A DNA stretch of 64,000 bases from Phoronis australis (Eukaryota; Animalia; Phoronida). Position 1 is the stretch's first letter, and each line of letters starts with the position of its first letter. The notes under the pieces were generated by a model. The model searched no databases and was not told the DNA's origin. It saw only the letters and a list, made by a program, of their open reading frames with translations. Shown here piece by piece: positions 25,930 through 38,721 of the stretch. Where the stretch lies: positions 620,001 through 684,000 of the forward strand of contig NMRA01000166.1 of assembly GCA_002633005.1 (NCBI GenBank). The letters run 5' to 3'. A program made the translations under genes and the position numbers.

Positions 25930-27625
25930 GTTAGTTCTTTTTATTGGGGATTATAATCACATTTGAATCTGCGAAACATATCAATTAACCAAAAATTTTC
26001 ATTCATGCGTTAACCAAAAAGGCGTTTTTCAATAAGCCAATGTTTTTCAAAACAAATGAAGCAACCGGAGGTGACAAAGTGGGCGACAATATGTGTCAAA
26101 TGTGGCAATATATGTCGCAGCAAACGAGGCCCGCGAGGGTTTCATTGAAAAACATCTACGTTGACTTAAAAAATGACAAGTTTCTTCATAAAACAAATAA
26201 AACTGTCAAGCATTATGTATTGACCAAAAACTGGAGAAATTTCTGTCATAAGTACAGGTCACTGGGGTCCGATCGTGGGTATACTGACACTACCTAACCT
26301 ATGCAGATTGCCATTCTAAGGATTTTTTCACGCCAGCTTAGGAAAATGCAGAAATGACTAACTCGTAAATTACTACCAAGCTGGGATGCATATCTTTTCA
26401 AATGTTAGTTGAGAGTAATTTTATTGACTTCAGCCACAGGCGTATCCATAGCTTTGTCGGCAAAAGATCTCGAATAGGCCGAGTTAAGACAAAATGGTGG
26501 TCTGATCCACATAGGACAAACGCACCGTTGGTAATGGTCTATCGTTGGCCAAATGTGTGCACATATTAATTATTGTGATAGACATAGTATCACAGTCCGT
26601 GTCTAATAAAAAGACTGATAGTTAAACGAGGCTGCCGTAATTTTGACTCGGAAATCTACAGAAATAACTTCCCGTGTTGTGTTTCTTAGTTTATAGGATT
26701 AATCCCTCGATCTCGAGGTGCTCAATGGTTAATTTACTTTTTCATTTCCATATATCTATAGCGAGACACTCTTTGCCGCACCGTTGAACTCTGACCGTGA
26801 AACGCGAAATGCAAGTTTATGCAACTCAAGTTGCTTTCCCGAACTTTCAGTAAGTGGGAAAGGTTAATTCCGGTTTTTAATCTGCACGCGAAACTTCACT
26901 TAAAATGATAGGATTCGGTGTAGTGGGAACACTAAATGCGAAGTTTCGTCGAAGTTATCGGTGGAGGTCGCGGCAACGATATACGATCACGGGAGACTCG
27001 CAAAATGTTTTCTTTGTTATTGTAGTCTAGCCAACGTGCTCTCAATAGGCGGATGTAAATAAATAAAAAAGGATATCTGATGATGAATGATATTGACCAT
27101 TTTCATAAACACTTGTAAATGGCAAGAAAAATTTTTCAATTAGCCTAGCTCGAACCCACTACTCAATATTCGTTTGAGAGTACGAATGAACTGCGACATT
27201 GCTGTAAGTGGGAAAGGTAAGCGAAGTTTCGGAGAAGCTTCGGCAAACCGATGTTCCTCTAACGGGAAAGCGGTTTAAGTTTCTATAGTATCTATAATAT
27301 TTCACTCATATGGGTCCTTTGCATAAAAGTTATACACGCATCGCGTTGCCTTTGTTGAAACAGTGTATTAGACGTCATATAACAATCAAACTTATCCAGG
27401 GTGCTAACTTTGATGTCTTATGCAACCCAGGTATTTATCACCGTTGTTTCAGTTGCACGTTTTCGTTTGTGAATGCCACACAAAATCATATATTATAAAT
27501 GTAATGAAATTATGTAACAATATAATTCAAAATTTTGCTAAGGATCTCTTGAAGAGTAACTGTATGCTACTTTTCACAATTTATTAATTTCTTTTATCGT
27601 GTGTTCGCGCTTTCTTTTCACCTAG

Positions 27626-27780
27626 GTTTGGAAGACGGCCCACCATTCTGGGGGTGACCCTTCTCATGGCGTTATCATCCTCTGCTGTGTACTTCTCGCC
27701 AAATTATACAGTCTTCACCCTTTTACGTTGCATTGTGGGGTTTACTGTAGGAGGCCAAATAAACAGCACCATTGTATTAC
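27626..27780 (+). CDS. SLC22 transporter exon 3
   Basis: cacctag| FGRRPTILGV...SPNYTVFTLLRCIVGFTVGG...IVL |gtatgt; completes MFS motif A (SDRFGRR); 155 nt. Confidence 0.93.
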
Positions 27781-28676
27781 GTATGTATTGTGTTGCCTCA
27801 ACCGGGTGTAAGGTTATGTAGGCCCTAGAAAAATTCCAATTTTGACCGTCTTCGGACCATCATATCTCAGAAATGGCGGGTCAGATTTACTGAAACTTTC
27901 ATCAACTGAGTTTCATGTAATGCTCTTCAAAACTCTATTAGGACTTATTTTTAAAATGAACCACTTTTGCATGAAGGGCTATCAAAAATAGGACTTATAT
28001 GATAGTTATGAAAAAATAAACTTTCGTAAATCGAAAACGAAACGATAATTTAGAAAATTGTTACGCTGGAATGTACCTTTCTTTTGTATTAAATTTTATT
28101 AAAAACAAGATCACATTACCTAATTAATGACAGATTGGTACAAAGTCAAAAATCAAATTTTACGGAATTTTTACTTTCAGAGAATATTTAATTTTGCTGA
28201 GTTGAATTCTAGAGTTTTTGACATTTGGCTAAATGTACATTCCTGTCGATAAGGTCCTACATAATCTTAAAGCGAGTGAGAACTGACAAATCGTCCTTTA
28301 CAATCAATTTCGAACTTTGTATGAGTTGCTTTTCATTTGACGAGCATATATCAACTGGAATTTGTGATGTAATGTTAAATTATAGTGACCACGTAATCAC
28401 ACTTCCTTTGAATACCATACGAAGTTCGTCTATTTCCGTGTGACGCTATCGTGTGCAGTATTACATATAGTATATTAAGCTTTTGCAACGTATTTGGCGG
28501 GTTTTAACATTTTCTAAATAGTTTGAAATACTGTGGCTATCCCGTCAAACTCGGATATCATGTGGATAGGCACTTTTGTCTCCCGATCGCATCACCAGTT
28601 CAATGTATTGCACACTTCGAACTAAGAATCCAGTAGGCCTACGATGACATTCCCGCGGTACAGTGATCTATATTTA

Positions 28677-28930
28677 GCAAGGGTATCATAGAATCATACC
28701 CACGAGCATGACATCTACCTAGGAACCAGTGAATCATGCATACGAACTCGGCATTTGTTCGTGAGTGTGATTCGATGCTCGTGTGTATGATTTTGTGTCC
28801 GTATGTGGTTTATGCGCATGATTTTTGTTCGTATGCGCAATTTTTGAGTTCGTATTCATGATTCATAAGTTTGAAGGTGGTTCGTGAGTAAGATGCAATG
28901 CTCGTGCGTATAATCCTATGGTACCCATGC
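28677..28930. mobile_element. PIF/Harbinger (Tourist-like) MITE
   Basis: TIRs GCAAGGGTATCATAG / CTATGGTACCCATGC, with TTA duplicated on both sides. Confidence 0.7.
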
Positions 28931-29744
28931 TTAGGCTTGAGTGAACAGAGCTTACATATCACAAAACTATCTTAGCGCGTGTTCGACAATAATTAACGCT
29001 TTGGTGACTCGGCCAAACTTCACTCCGAGTTTTAATGCAATGAAAGTAGGATGCCGTGAAAATGTTCAGTCGTTCTGGTTTTCAAGGTAAGATTGGTATG
29101 ATTGCTTAAAAATGTGTTACCTGCAAACGCGTTCTAAGAAATGACAAGAAGATTTAGTATGTTTAAAAAAATGTTAAACTCGCCAATTGATCGGTTGAAT
29201 ACGGCGCGCAGTGAAGTTAGTGATGAATGATCACAGTGGAGGAAAGAATTTTAATCGTCAATGCATACACCCGTATGGTTTTTGGCTGTTGAAACACAGA
29301 TTCAGTTCCTTAAAATTCCGTTAGAGAAGACGAAGAACCGATTTGGTGACAAAAATGTTTCTCGAGCTCTATTTGTATAAATATTATAACGTCGAACGGA
29401 AAGTGACGAATACTGTATCGAATGATCGGGGTTTTAAGCGCTTCAAATAAGCTATATGATCATGTGATCATATATGAAGGTGTACTACACTGCCGTGATA
29501 ATACAACACAAAGAGGCACGCCCTTCCTACTCACTGTCAGGAACGCAAATTCTAAACCACTCACAGTATGCCAACAGGATAAGGAAACTAAAATTTTGTG
29601 ACCAGTAAATGTTCGAGTGAATCTATATTTTAAATAATTTCCACCGTGTTCAGTCCACACGTAGGAAGGAAGTATCACTTTTATACAGCAGTGAATATTT
29701 AAAGGTAACGATAAACATCAGCTTTGGGCGTTCTATTTTTGCAG

Positions 29745-29916
29745 GTCAGGAATGGTGTACAGCACGAATGCGAGTACCTCTTCAAGTAATTTATACGTTT
29801 GCTTTCATTCTGGGATTGCTGGTGTTTGGCGTCATCGCGTATTTTGTCAGGGACTGGAAAAGCCTCTCTCTCATAATTGGCATACCCAAGATACCTGCAG
29901 TGATTATTTATTACAT
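29745..29916 (+). CDS. SLC22 transporter exon 4
   Basis: ttttgcag| RQEWCTARMR...IAYFVRDWKSL...IIYY |gtaagt; 172 nt. Confidence 0.92.
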
Positions 29917-30414
29917 GTAAGTCATAGTGTGCAAGTGGCTATAAATCCGCCTTTCTTTGCAAATAACAACTTTTGATTTAAACCAATAAACCGTTATGCT
30001 CTCAAATTGCTCCTTGGTCTAAGAGTAGGTTTCATCGAAAAACTGACAGTTCGTTATTGCTTGGGCGCAGGCTCTACAAGTCAACTTGTCACGTTGTAAG
30101 GTTTTACAATACGACGACGGTTTCAAGGAAAAACGAGCCGTCAGTTCTTTGTAAACACAGAAAGTGAATGCTTAACAAACTAAGACCAAATCTATAACGG
30201 TAAGTGGTCTAAATAAAAAGTTCGTTGTTTGAACGGAACGAGGCATTATAGCCGGTTAAAATCAAAATTAATAAAATGTAAATTACAAAAATTCTGACAA
30301 AGTTCTTATACTGATGATGGTATTGAGAGTGCGTAAAAAGCTTCTGGAAGCAACAATGGGACTATTGCCATAATCACCGTTATTAAACCCGTAGTCAGTC
30401 AGCTGCAGCATGAT

Positions 30415-31520
30415 CTGCACTGTCATTACCACCATCACAGCAATCACCTTCATCATTCCCATCAACACCACTACCATCACCATCACTACCACCATCCTGA
30501 TTACCACCCCACCTCAAACATCACCATCACAACTATGATCCCCACCACCATTTCCAACACCATCTCCACAACTATCATCGAAATTATCATCACCGTCTCC
30601 GTCACCATATTTATCAACACTACCACCATAACTACCATCATTATTACCACCACAATTGCCATCCCCATTCCACCACATCAACACCACCATTATCACAACT
30701 GTCATTACCATCCCAATCAACATCATCCCACCAACGTCACCACCCCAGCATCACTCACTCCCACAACCATCACTACCGCCCGCACCACCATAACTACAAT
30801 TACCATCCTGAACAACATCACCACCACAATCACTACTACCATCCCCACCAAAACTATTGTCACCATCTCCACGTGCATCACTACGACAAAATATGATCAG
30901 CATTCCATCACCAGCACCACTGCCATCACCATAACTACCATCACCACAGCTACCAAAACCATCCCACTACAGCTACCAACACCAACATCGCCATAGCAAT
31001 AAACGCAGATACCCTGCTGTAGTGGGGCGTAGGCGCACATAGGCGCAGCCAACCACCTTTTGGCATTTGAATGTAGCGCCTAAGTTACGTTCAGGGCTAA
31101 AAGTGATACGGTGGGGTTTGAGCGCCCACTTACCTCTAATTTTATCACTACAGCACTGCGCAGATACCATCCCCATCACTACTAGAACTATAAGCATCCA
31201 CACCATCTTCACGACCACCTTCCCGATCATCACTGTCGCCGCCTACACCATCTATATCACCATCACCACCGGCAACACCTCCACCACAAATACCTTCATC
31301 GTCATTAAACACGTAGTCAAAATGCAAAATTAAGAACAGCAGCGCCATACGTACTACAACTACAACCATCATCGCCACCACTGTCATCGTTATCACCACC
31401 ACCACCTCAACTACGTCTTCCGCGCCACCATCAACACCATCACCATGAACATCTTCATTAAACACGTACACAAAGGCACCAGCAGTGACAACAACAGTAA
31501 TGTTGCCACTGTTGAACAAT
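30415..31520. repeat. Degenerate (ACC/ATC)n trinucleotide low-complexity tract in SLC22 intron 4
   Basis: Continuous cac/cat/acc triplet repeats. Confidence 0.9.
31012..31158. mobile_element. hAT-type MITE, same family as 40008-40173 in opposite orientation
   Basis: TIR TGCTGTAGTG / CACTACAGCACTG, with a perfect 8-bp TSD CGCAGATA. Confidence 0.85.
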
Positions 31521-31613
31521 GATAATAATCACTGTCACTGTAAGCAAAACGTAACACCCAGTGCCTGTGAGCCAATTCTGAATGTTAATGATTATCGTTC
31601 TCTTTTGTTGCAG

Positions 31614-31746
31614 TTGGTGTTACCCCTCGCCAAGATGGCTGATGGCGAATGGCCGGTACGATGAAGCACTTGAAGAACTTCACAGAGCTGCCAACAGGAA
31701 CGGAAAGCCGCTGCCGAAAGACTTTGACATCCGAGCGATATCTGTC
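31614..31746 (+). CDS. SLC22 transporter exon 5
   Basis: ttgttgcag| WCYPSPRWLMANGRYDEALEELHRAANRNGK...ISV |gtgcgt. The donor position is slightly less certain. Confidence 0.88.
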
Positions 31747-31897
31747 GTGCGTGAATCTTGCACACTTTAATTTTAAAACATTTATCTACTGTTCCTCTCT
31801 TACAAATTTTAAATGTAATCTTTGTATTTTCTTGTAGCAACCGCTCTCGAGAGCTTTCAAAACTCCCAGTTTAAGACTATTTAATTTTTTTTTTCAG

Positions 31898-32192
31898 CCT
31901 AAGGCATATAAAGCTTCACTCATCGACCTAATACGAACACCAAACATGAGAAAAACAACATTGATTGTGTGGTACACGTGGTTTACGGTTGGATTTTTAT
32001 ACTACGTCTTGTCATACAGCGTCGGATACCTCTCTGGAAACATCTACGTCAACTACATCGTACTAAACAGTGTCATGTTGTTGCGTGTACCAATCCTCTC
32101 GTCACTTCATTTCGTCAATCGTCGAGTGGCATTAGTGCTATTTGCTTTTCTCACAGGCTTGGCTTTGCTTGCAGTAATGGCAACGGACGCAG
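31898..32192 (+). CDS. SLC22 transporter exon 6
   Basis: ttttttcag| PKAYKASLIDLIRTPNMRKTTLIVWYTWF...YYVLS...LSGNIYVNY... |gtagga. Confidence 0.92.
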
Positions 32193-33079
32193 GTAGGAAC
32201 AACAACGCCATACTGTACGCTTTAAAACGCACCTCTATTATTATAAAAATGTTCTCTTATCCAAACACGTTAACAAACCCATTGCTCGCCTGCGTCTCAT
32301 CTTTCTTGTAACGTGAGACCAATCTGTTACAGTAATAAAGATGATCACGATAATACCGGCAGCAATTTACGTTAACGTAAAAATGTGATAGTGTTGCTTT
32401 TCAAAAATTCATACAACTCCATGAGCTTGAAACGACGTTGCATCAATTTTAGTAGAATAAAAGCAGTTGTGAATTTGTGTTTATTTTCAACTTCCGAAAC
32501 TTCTTAAGGTACTCTGAAGACAGTCAACCTAACACCTAAAATGTTTTACTTTATATGCGCTAATTACGAAGCGACACCGAAGCTACTTTACAGTGAAACC
32601 ACACGTGTAGGTGAGATAAAATATATATATATATATATATTATGACAAACTAAACTACTACAGATATGGATAAATACAAATATATATTGAGCTGCAAAAG
32701 GTGGGTGACAATCTGCCACAGATGCTGGAAGAGACATGTTTGTGTTTGATAACTTAAGAACCAGACTACAATTTTATCATCCAGAAGGGGAAATTCAGTT
32801 CATCACTCAATATCAAACGACGTTTTTTATTAAGAATCATTCTTTCTTAATGAAGTAGGAACAAATGAAGGCCAATTTGATACGAGGAGGGCTGGGGGGA
32901 ATGCGGCCCGCCTCACGCGACTTGTTCGTGGGTAGGCGGCTATTTTTCTTCGAAAGATGCAGTTAGCACTCCATTGCGACATCCTAAATCCAACCGCTAG
33001 TGAACGTTTTTGGCAGTAGGTCTATTTCAGTAAAAATGTAGCTTGATAGGTAACTACACTTCTTCGTTGAAACACTGTT

Positions 33080-33860
33080 TTTCAGCCCATGAAATCGTCA
33101 ACTTGTACCGTATGATTATAAAAACCTGTTACTTTAGGTCCCTTGAAATACTAATTTTCAACCAGCGACGTCATCAGTTAGCAAGTCATCGGTAATCACA
33201 AAAAGGTGCTAGAAAGGTCTGTTTGAAATATTTATTTTCATCCCATGAAATCACCAGTTTGCAAGTCCTCAATGATCTCAAAAAGGTGTTACCAAGGGTC
33301 CTTTTTTAATTAATTTTCAACCCCTAAAATCGTCAACTTGCGAGTCTTCGATAATCACAACAACGTGTACTTAAAGTTCTTTGGAAGTACTGAATTGCAT
33401 CCGATGAAATTATTAATTTTCAAGTCCTCGGTAATCCCAAAACGTGTTGCCAAGGGTCTTTTGGGTAATTAATTTTCAACCCGTGAAATCGTCAATTTGA
33501 AAATCTTTGATAGTCAAAAGAACTTGTTGCTAAAAGTCTTTTAAAGTACTCGTTTGCATACCATGAAACATATCAGTTTGCAAGTCCTCGGTGATCACAA
33601 AACGTGTTACCAAGGGTCCTTTGAAATAATGATTTTCAACTCATAAAATGATCAGTTTGCAAGTCCTCCATAATCACAAAAACATGCTACTAAGTTTTGT
33701 ATTAAATACGGATTTTAACCTTTTAAATCATCTGTTTTCAATTTCTTCATGATCACAAAAACATTGCACTAAGCGCATTTAGGGTTATTTTGAGAAACTG
33801 AATTTTAAAGCACAGAATCATCGCTTTTTTAAGTCCCCTATGATCACAAAAACGTAAGAC
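33080..33860. repeat. Degenerate ~60-bp tandem repeat array (about 13 units) in SLC22 intron 6
   Basis: catgaaatc.tca.tttgcaagtcctc..tgatcacaaaa recurs about every 59-60 bp. Confidence 0.8.
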
Positions 33861-34291
33861 GCAAGAAATGATATAAATTCTGTGTCTGTAAATTTTGTTT
33901 AGCTATGGCCTTATAATCCGCTATCAAAACAGATCAACGTTTCTTAAAATATAAGGAAAGCCTTACGAAATTTGGCAAACATGCCCTTTAAAGCAAAAGG
34001 CTGCGAGGATGTTCAAACTCCTCAACTAACAAACAACTTTTTTATGCTGGAAAAAGAGTCGGCCAATGTAGTAATAGTTTAAGAGGTGTCCATCCGTGAT
34101 GTGTTGATCATATTATTATCAGTATATTTTGAAAGCAAGTATCACTTCCTTGTCTGTTGATGCCGGTCTCCACATTTTACTATAGGACGCATGATTCTGA
34201 TGATCAAATTTCAAGTCGGGACGTGCACATGGGCTTGTGCGATGTTTTGCTATTACACTATTCACATAACATAATTCAATTCCACCCATAG

Positions 34292-34470
34292 GCTCCTCTG
34301 TTCGACTGGTGCTGGCCTCTACCGGAACCTTGTGCAGCGGCTCAGTATTTGGTCTCATCTATCTCTACTCAGTTGAGGTCTATCCCACGTCCATTAGGAC
34401 CATAGGGCTCGGCATTGGATCAATGTGGGCGCGCGTTGGAACCATGCTGTCGCCTTACGTGGTTTTACTT
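34292..34470 (+). CDS. SLC22 transporter exon 7
   Basis: cccatag| ...IYLYSVEVYPTSIRTIGLGIGSMWARVGTMLSPYVVLL |gtaagg; contains the ExYPTxxR motif. Confidence 0.94.
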
Positions 34471-35594
34471 GTAAGGGTCTTTTGTTTTCCTCGTTTATTG
34501 CTAGATCAGGTGTACAACCAAGATTACTTTCATTATAAATGCAACGTTGTTATAACCAATTAAACATTTTAAGTTTTAGCACTTGTATACCGTAGGGTCA
34601 CGTATTAGCTTATTTTTTTCTAAGACGTTTTGACCCAGCGCTTTTTCCAAGCCTGCGCTTATTCAAAACCGGGCGCTTACTCAACAAGGCCAGATTTGCG
34701 GACCCGGCGTTCACATACTGTTGACAGTTGTTACCAACAGCGTGGTATGTTTGATAACATTTTATGAATAAACATTGTTTTGAACAATGTTCGTTTCACT
34801 TGACGACCATAAACAGACGAGCTGGGAACTGGCTTTTACATGTTATGTACGTTTTTAAAAACAACCATTACGTCACTTATGATTTTTAACGCTTGCGACG
34901 CATCTATTCATTAATTCCAAGTGTTTTGTTCATATTTACATTTAGTAAGCAGTCGGCCCTATACTATCCTGTAAAAAGTAAAATACAGTCGGAGTTGTTC
35001 TTTCAGTTAGTCTTGAATTTTTAAATGGCTTTTACTCGGGAGCTTACTTTGCGATGCTGCCCCTTATTAAAGGACAGATGCTAACATGTGACATTGCGAA
35101 ATGTATAAAACATCGACAAGTTGCAAGAATCACCCTCCAAAAACCTTTGCTAAACCATATCGTTGTGCTCGCAGCATTCGTGATAATAGGTGACAGGTAA
35201 TCGTTTATGTTTACTAATTCCTGTGCCCTGATTAGATGGAACGTACATGAAGTGGGATTGACATGTCCCAAATATTCTTTGCCTAGGCCAATTCGAATCA
35301 GTGATAGCCTGAGCGAATGAATCGATGGATTTATTCTTTATTATACTACACAGGCTTGTAAAACACCGTAAATGGGGAAAGGCCTAAACCAATACAGGAT
35401 ACATGAACGTAAGAAGCTCTATAGAACAACACTAAAGACAGAATTCTGTGCCCCTGATTGAAAAGCTGCCATTGCACCAATTGTCGAAAGTGAATAAATA
35501 TACTTAAAAAGGGCAATTACTAAATTTCCGTGAAAATCTGATGGTTTGAAAATGTTTCTTTGAAATCAACTGAAAGTCCATGTATCTCTTACAG

Positions 35595-35749
35595 TCTGAA
35601 ATATCAACGGTTTTACCCTACGTCATTTGTGGTGGACTTGCCATCCTGCTAGCTCTCTTGTTCACAGTAGTGCCGGAAACTCGAAACAAGCCACTTTGTG
35701 ACACCATCGAGGAGGCTGAAAAAGTCAACAAGTTGTTTTTCCGGCTAAG
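35595..35749 (+). CDS. SLC22 transporter exon 8
   Basis: tcttacag| SEISTVLPYVICG...VPETRNKPLCDTIEEAE... |gtaatc; contains the PETxxxPLxDTIEE motif. Confidence 0.92.
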
Positions 35750-36171
35750 GTAATCCATAGACTAATCTTAAGAAGATATTTTCTACCTGTATGCTTAAAC
35801 AAGATATACCATAATTTTGCCGAGATCTGCATGCAAGCAATTCAGGCTCGAAAAAGTATTCAATTCTCATACAACAGAGTGGGTTTGTACAAATTAGCGG
35901 AAATGAGGCCTATATCCAAGACGTACGCAGATATCAGGTTTGCCTGAATCGATAACATTACATTAGAGGTAAAAGAAAACTCGAAACTTCCCACTGGGAA
36001 CGACCCCTGATTATTGGCTTGCAAATGACTATGCGGAGGGAAAAAATCACCCGACTAAGATTGAATATGTCTAAAACACGACACTCGCGTGTTTCCGCCT
36101 GGTTGCCGTTCATTTACGGGTGCTTGTGCTGACGAAATGATAACCTTTTCATTCAAGCAACTTGTTTACAG

Positions 36172-36238
36172 AGAGCCAAAAGAAAAGAAAAAGGAAGTCT
36201 ACAATGCTATAGTGCGAGATGTATTGGAAGATGTGTAA
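36172..36238 (+). CDS. SLC22 transporter exon 9 (terminal)
   Basis: tgtttacag| a phase-2 join gives REPKEKKKEVYNAIVRDVLEDV*. Confidence 0.75.
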
Positions 36239-37600
36239 CTCTTAATTTTTGTCAATTGTGAGAAGTTGCAAGTATGCGGTATCTTTTACTTCGATGTGAT
36301 AGCTAGGGTCAGTTTATCGTCTACCACATTAAGAGCAGCACAATTCTTCATAAAAAGTAGAATACAAGCAGTAAAGATTTGTTTTGTCATGATTTAATTG
36401 GAAACACGCACATTTGACAGCAAGTGATAGTGATGCCAGAGTACGAGGGTGCACATCTTGTAGCTGTTTTGTTCCTGTTACGTTTATAATGTGGTTGGCG
36501 CCTAGAACAAGTACATCTGTGATAAACTGCCTATGGCTTCTCCAACTGGAATTAAATTTCGCCCACGACGTCAAGTCGTCCCGTTTCCACTAACTTTTCA
36601 CAGAAACAAATCTCTCTTGGATCTGCATGCAGTAAGTTTTAGTGTAAGCTTACAGTAGGCGACTAAGCGAATAGGAACTGTTATGTGTATGTTGATTCAA
36701 GGATACCGACCCAGGTTCTACGGCATTCCAACCAACGCTTGTAAAACACTGTCCACGACACATTGAGACTAGGTTATTTTCACGCTTATTTTAAGACGTT
36801 ACGGACATATTTTCTATAAGGTCGCGAATATTAGACTTTAGGTGTAGCCATACACTATTACCGTAGGTGGGAGCTATATAATATCACACTATATTGTTAT
36901 TCCATGCATTTATTAATGAACGCTTAGTGTTTTATACAATTGATAATTAAATTGGTGGTATTAAGAAAATAGGGCCTCGTGAAAGAAAGGTTGGTTTGCC
37001 TTTTTTACTTGCACGACTAAATGAGCTTTTGGCTAACTAAATAAACATAACCGTTTGATGACACTGTTCGCATCCTACTTAGCAGGCTACGTTAGTCACA
37101 TCTCCTGTGTATAACATCTAGTGAGACTTTCAGGTGTGAAGTTACATTGCTCATCTTCTACGACAGCTGGTTGGCGTTGGAGAATTACTCTACATTATTG
37201 TTATGAGGAATATACTATTTAATGCTTAGAGCTCTGCACTTTTTATTAAAGCAGTATTAAACCCGCATTACGTCACAAAAAACAACTTTTGTTTTAAGCC
37301 AGTTACCGTTATGAAATCGGTCTCAAATTGTTTCTTTGTCAAAAAAATACGATTTCTGTGTTTGGAAACAACTGACAGTTTGTTGTTGCTTGAGACCAGG
37401 CTCTGCAAATTAACTTGTCACGGCGTGTCACTTCATTTGCCCAGTATCGTCTCGAGTAATAAAAAATTGTCAGTTCATTGCAAGACCAAAAATCATGTTT
37501 TATTAATTTCAGTCGGAAAAAATTGACACATATTTTCTAGTGGTAAGTAGTCTAAATCAAAATTAATGTCTTTGGCGGATGGCGGGCTTATAGTCGCTTT

Positions 37601-38118
37601 TATTAAAAAACAACCACGGTTTTAAATCGACATGTTTCGGTGTTATTTATTCAGAAGAGAGAATATAGTGGCCACCTAGCTAGGCCGAGCAACAAGTGAT
37701 GAAACACAGATACAATCAGTTACATGGAGTGACAATAAACTAGACCAACAATGACAACCTGTGGTGTGCCAGTTGCCTATTGCGATTGGGCTTGCACCAA
37801 CTGATGTGTAGAGCCTCACGAATTTTAAGCTCCTTTGTTGTTTCTGCCTGGTCTATTATTGCAAAGTCATTGAAAGAGCACTGCTGATAACAATGATTGG
37901 AGCTCTGTAGATGAATAATAATAATGGTCAAGTTTATTGTCACTCCCTGTAACTGACTGTGTTTGTGTTTCATCACTTGTTGCTGGGCCTAGCTAGGTGG
38001 CCACCACATTCTCTCTTCTGATGATGGTGTTTGAATAAATGACACCGAAACATGTCAAGTCGATTTAAAACCGTGGTTGCTTTTATTAATATATGATGCT
38101 ACTTGCCATCATGGAGAT
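37601..38118 (-). mobile_element. Penelope-like retroelement remnant: GIY-YIG endonuclease C-terminus between inverted pseudo-LTRs
   Basis: Minus-strand HLQSSNHC..CSFNDFAIIDQA.TTKELKIREALHISWCKPNRNRQ. Inverted ~140-165-bp copies at 37601-37745 and 37926-38091. Flanking 14-bp direct repeat CTTATAGTYGCTTT (37587-37600, 38119-38132). Confidence 0.8.
38015..38059 (+). ncRNA. Minimal type I hammerhead ribozyme motif in a Penelope pseudo-LTR
   Basis: ctt-CTGATGA-t-GGTGTT(loop)GACACC-GAAAC-AT-GTC-aag: intact catalytic core, stem II, palindromic stem III (ACATGT) and a 3-bp stem I. Confidence 0.75.
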
Positions 38119-38721
38119 CTTATAGTTGCTTTAAAGTGCGCGTGTGTAGAAGACAGCCAGTCAATCTGAGCGCCTCCTCTATGATATTTCTAATTTGTTT
38201 GAGACTTGTCTCGTGGGTCACTTTCAGTAAATGGTGAAAAAAGGTCATGAAGACACGGTCCCATCAAATTGTGCATTTGGTAGGCGAGGGCCAAATCTAG
38301 AGATTGTGATTTGAATTAAATATCCTATGTGTTGTTTATTAATATAAAAGCAAATCGTATTGTCAGTGTCATAAGCAGACATGATTATTTTAAAACTACA
38401 TTTTGCAAAGGATTATGTACGTATTATTAAATGATTTACAAAATACTAGTGTTCATGAGTTCTTCTTTCCTTAGATGTCACAGAGCTTGCTTGCTCTGAA
38501 TTTGGTCAGGTCGCTACAATAAGTCAATAGCTCGGTCTTGACATACAAGTGAACAAGTGTCATAGTTCCTTTCACACACGCCTTGCGAGTAAAGCGGGGA
38601 GCCTAAAACATAAGGTTTGTTATTTTATAGCCCATTTTCACATCGGGCACTGATACCTCAATCTCACGTCATTAATTATTCGCTCAAAAGAGTGACTTGA
38701 TTTTATCCCTATACCTTGAAA

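Noticed and set aside
30283-31519. Thr/Ile/His-rich ORFs resembling a mucin (for example 30535-30996)
   Set aside because: They arise from an ACC/ATC low-complexity tract inside SLC22 intron 4, with no splice support or signal peptide, and are interrupted by a MITE.
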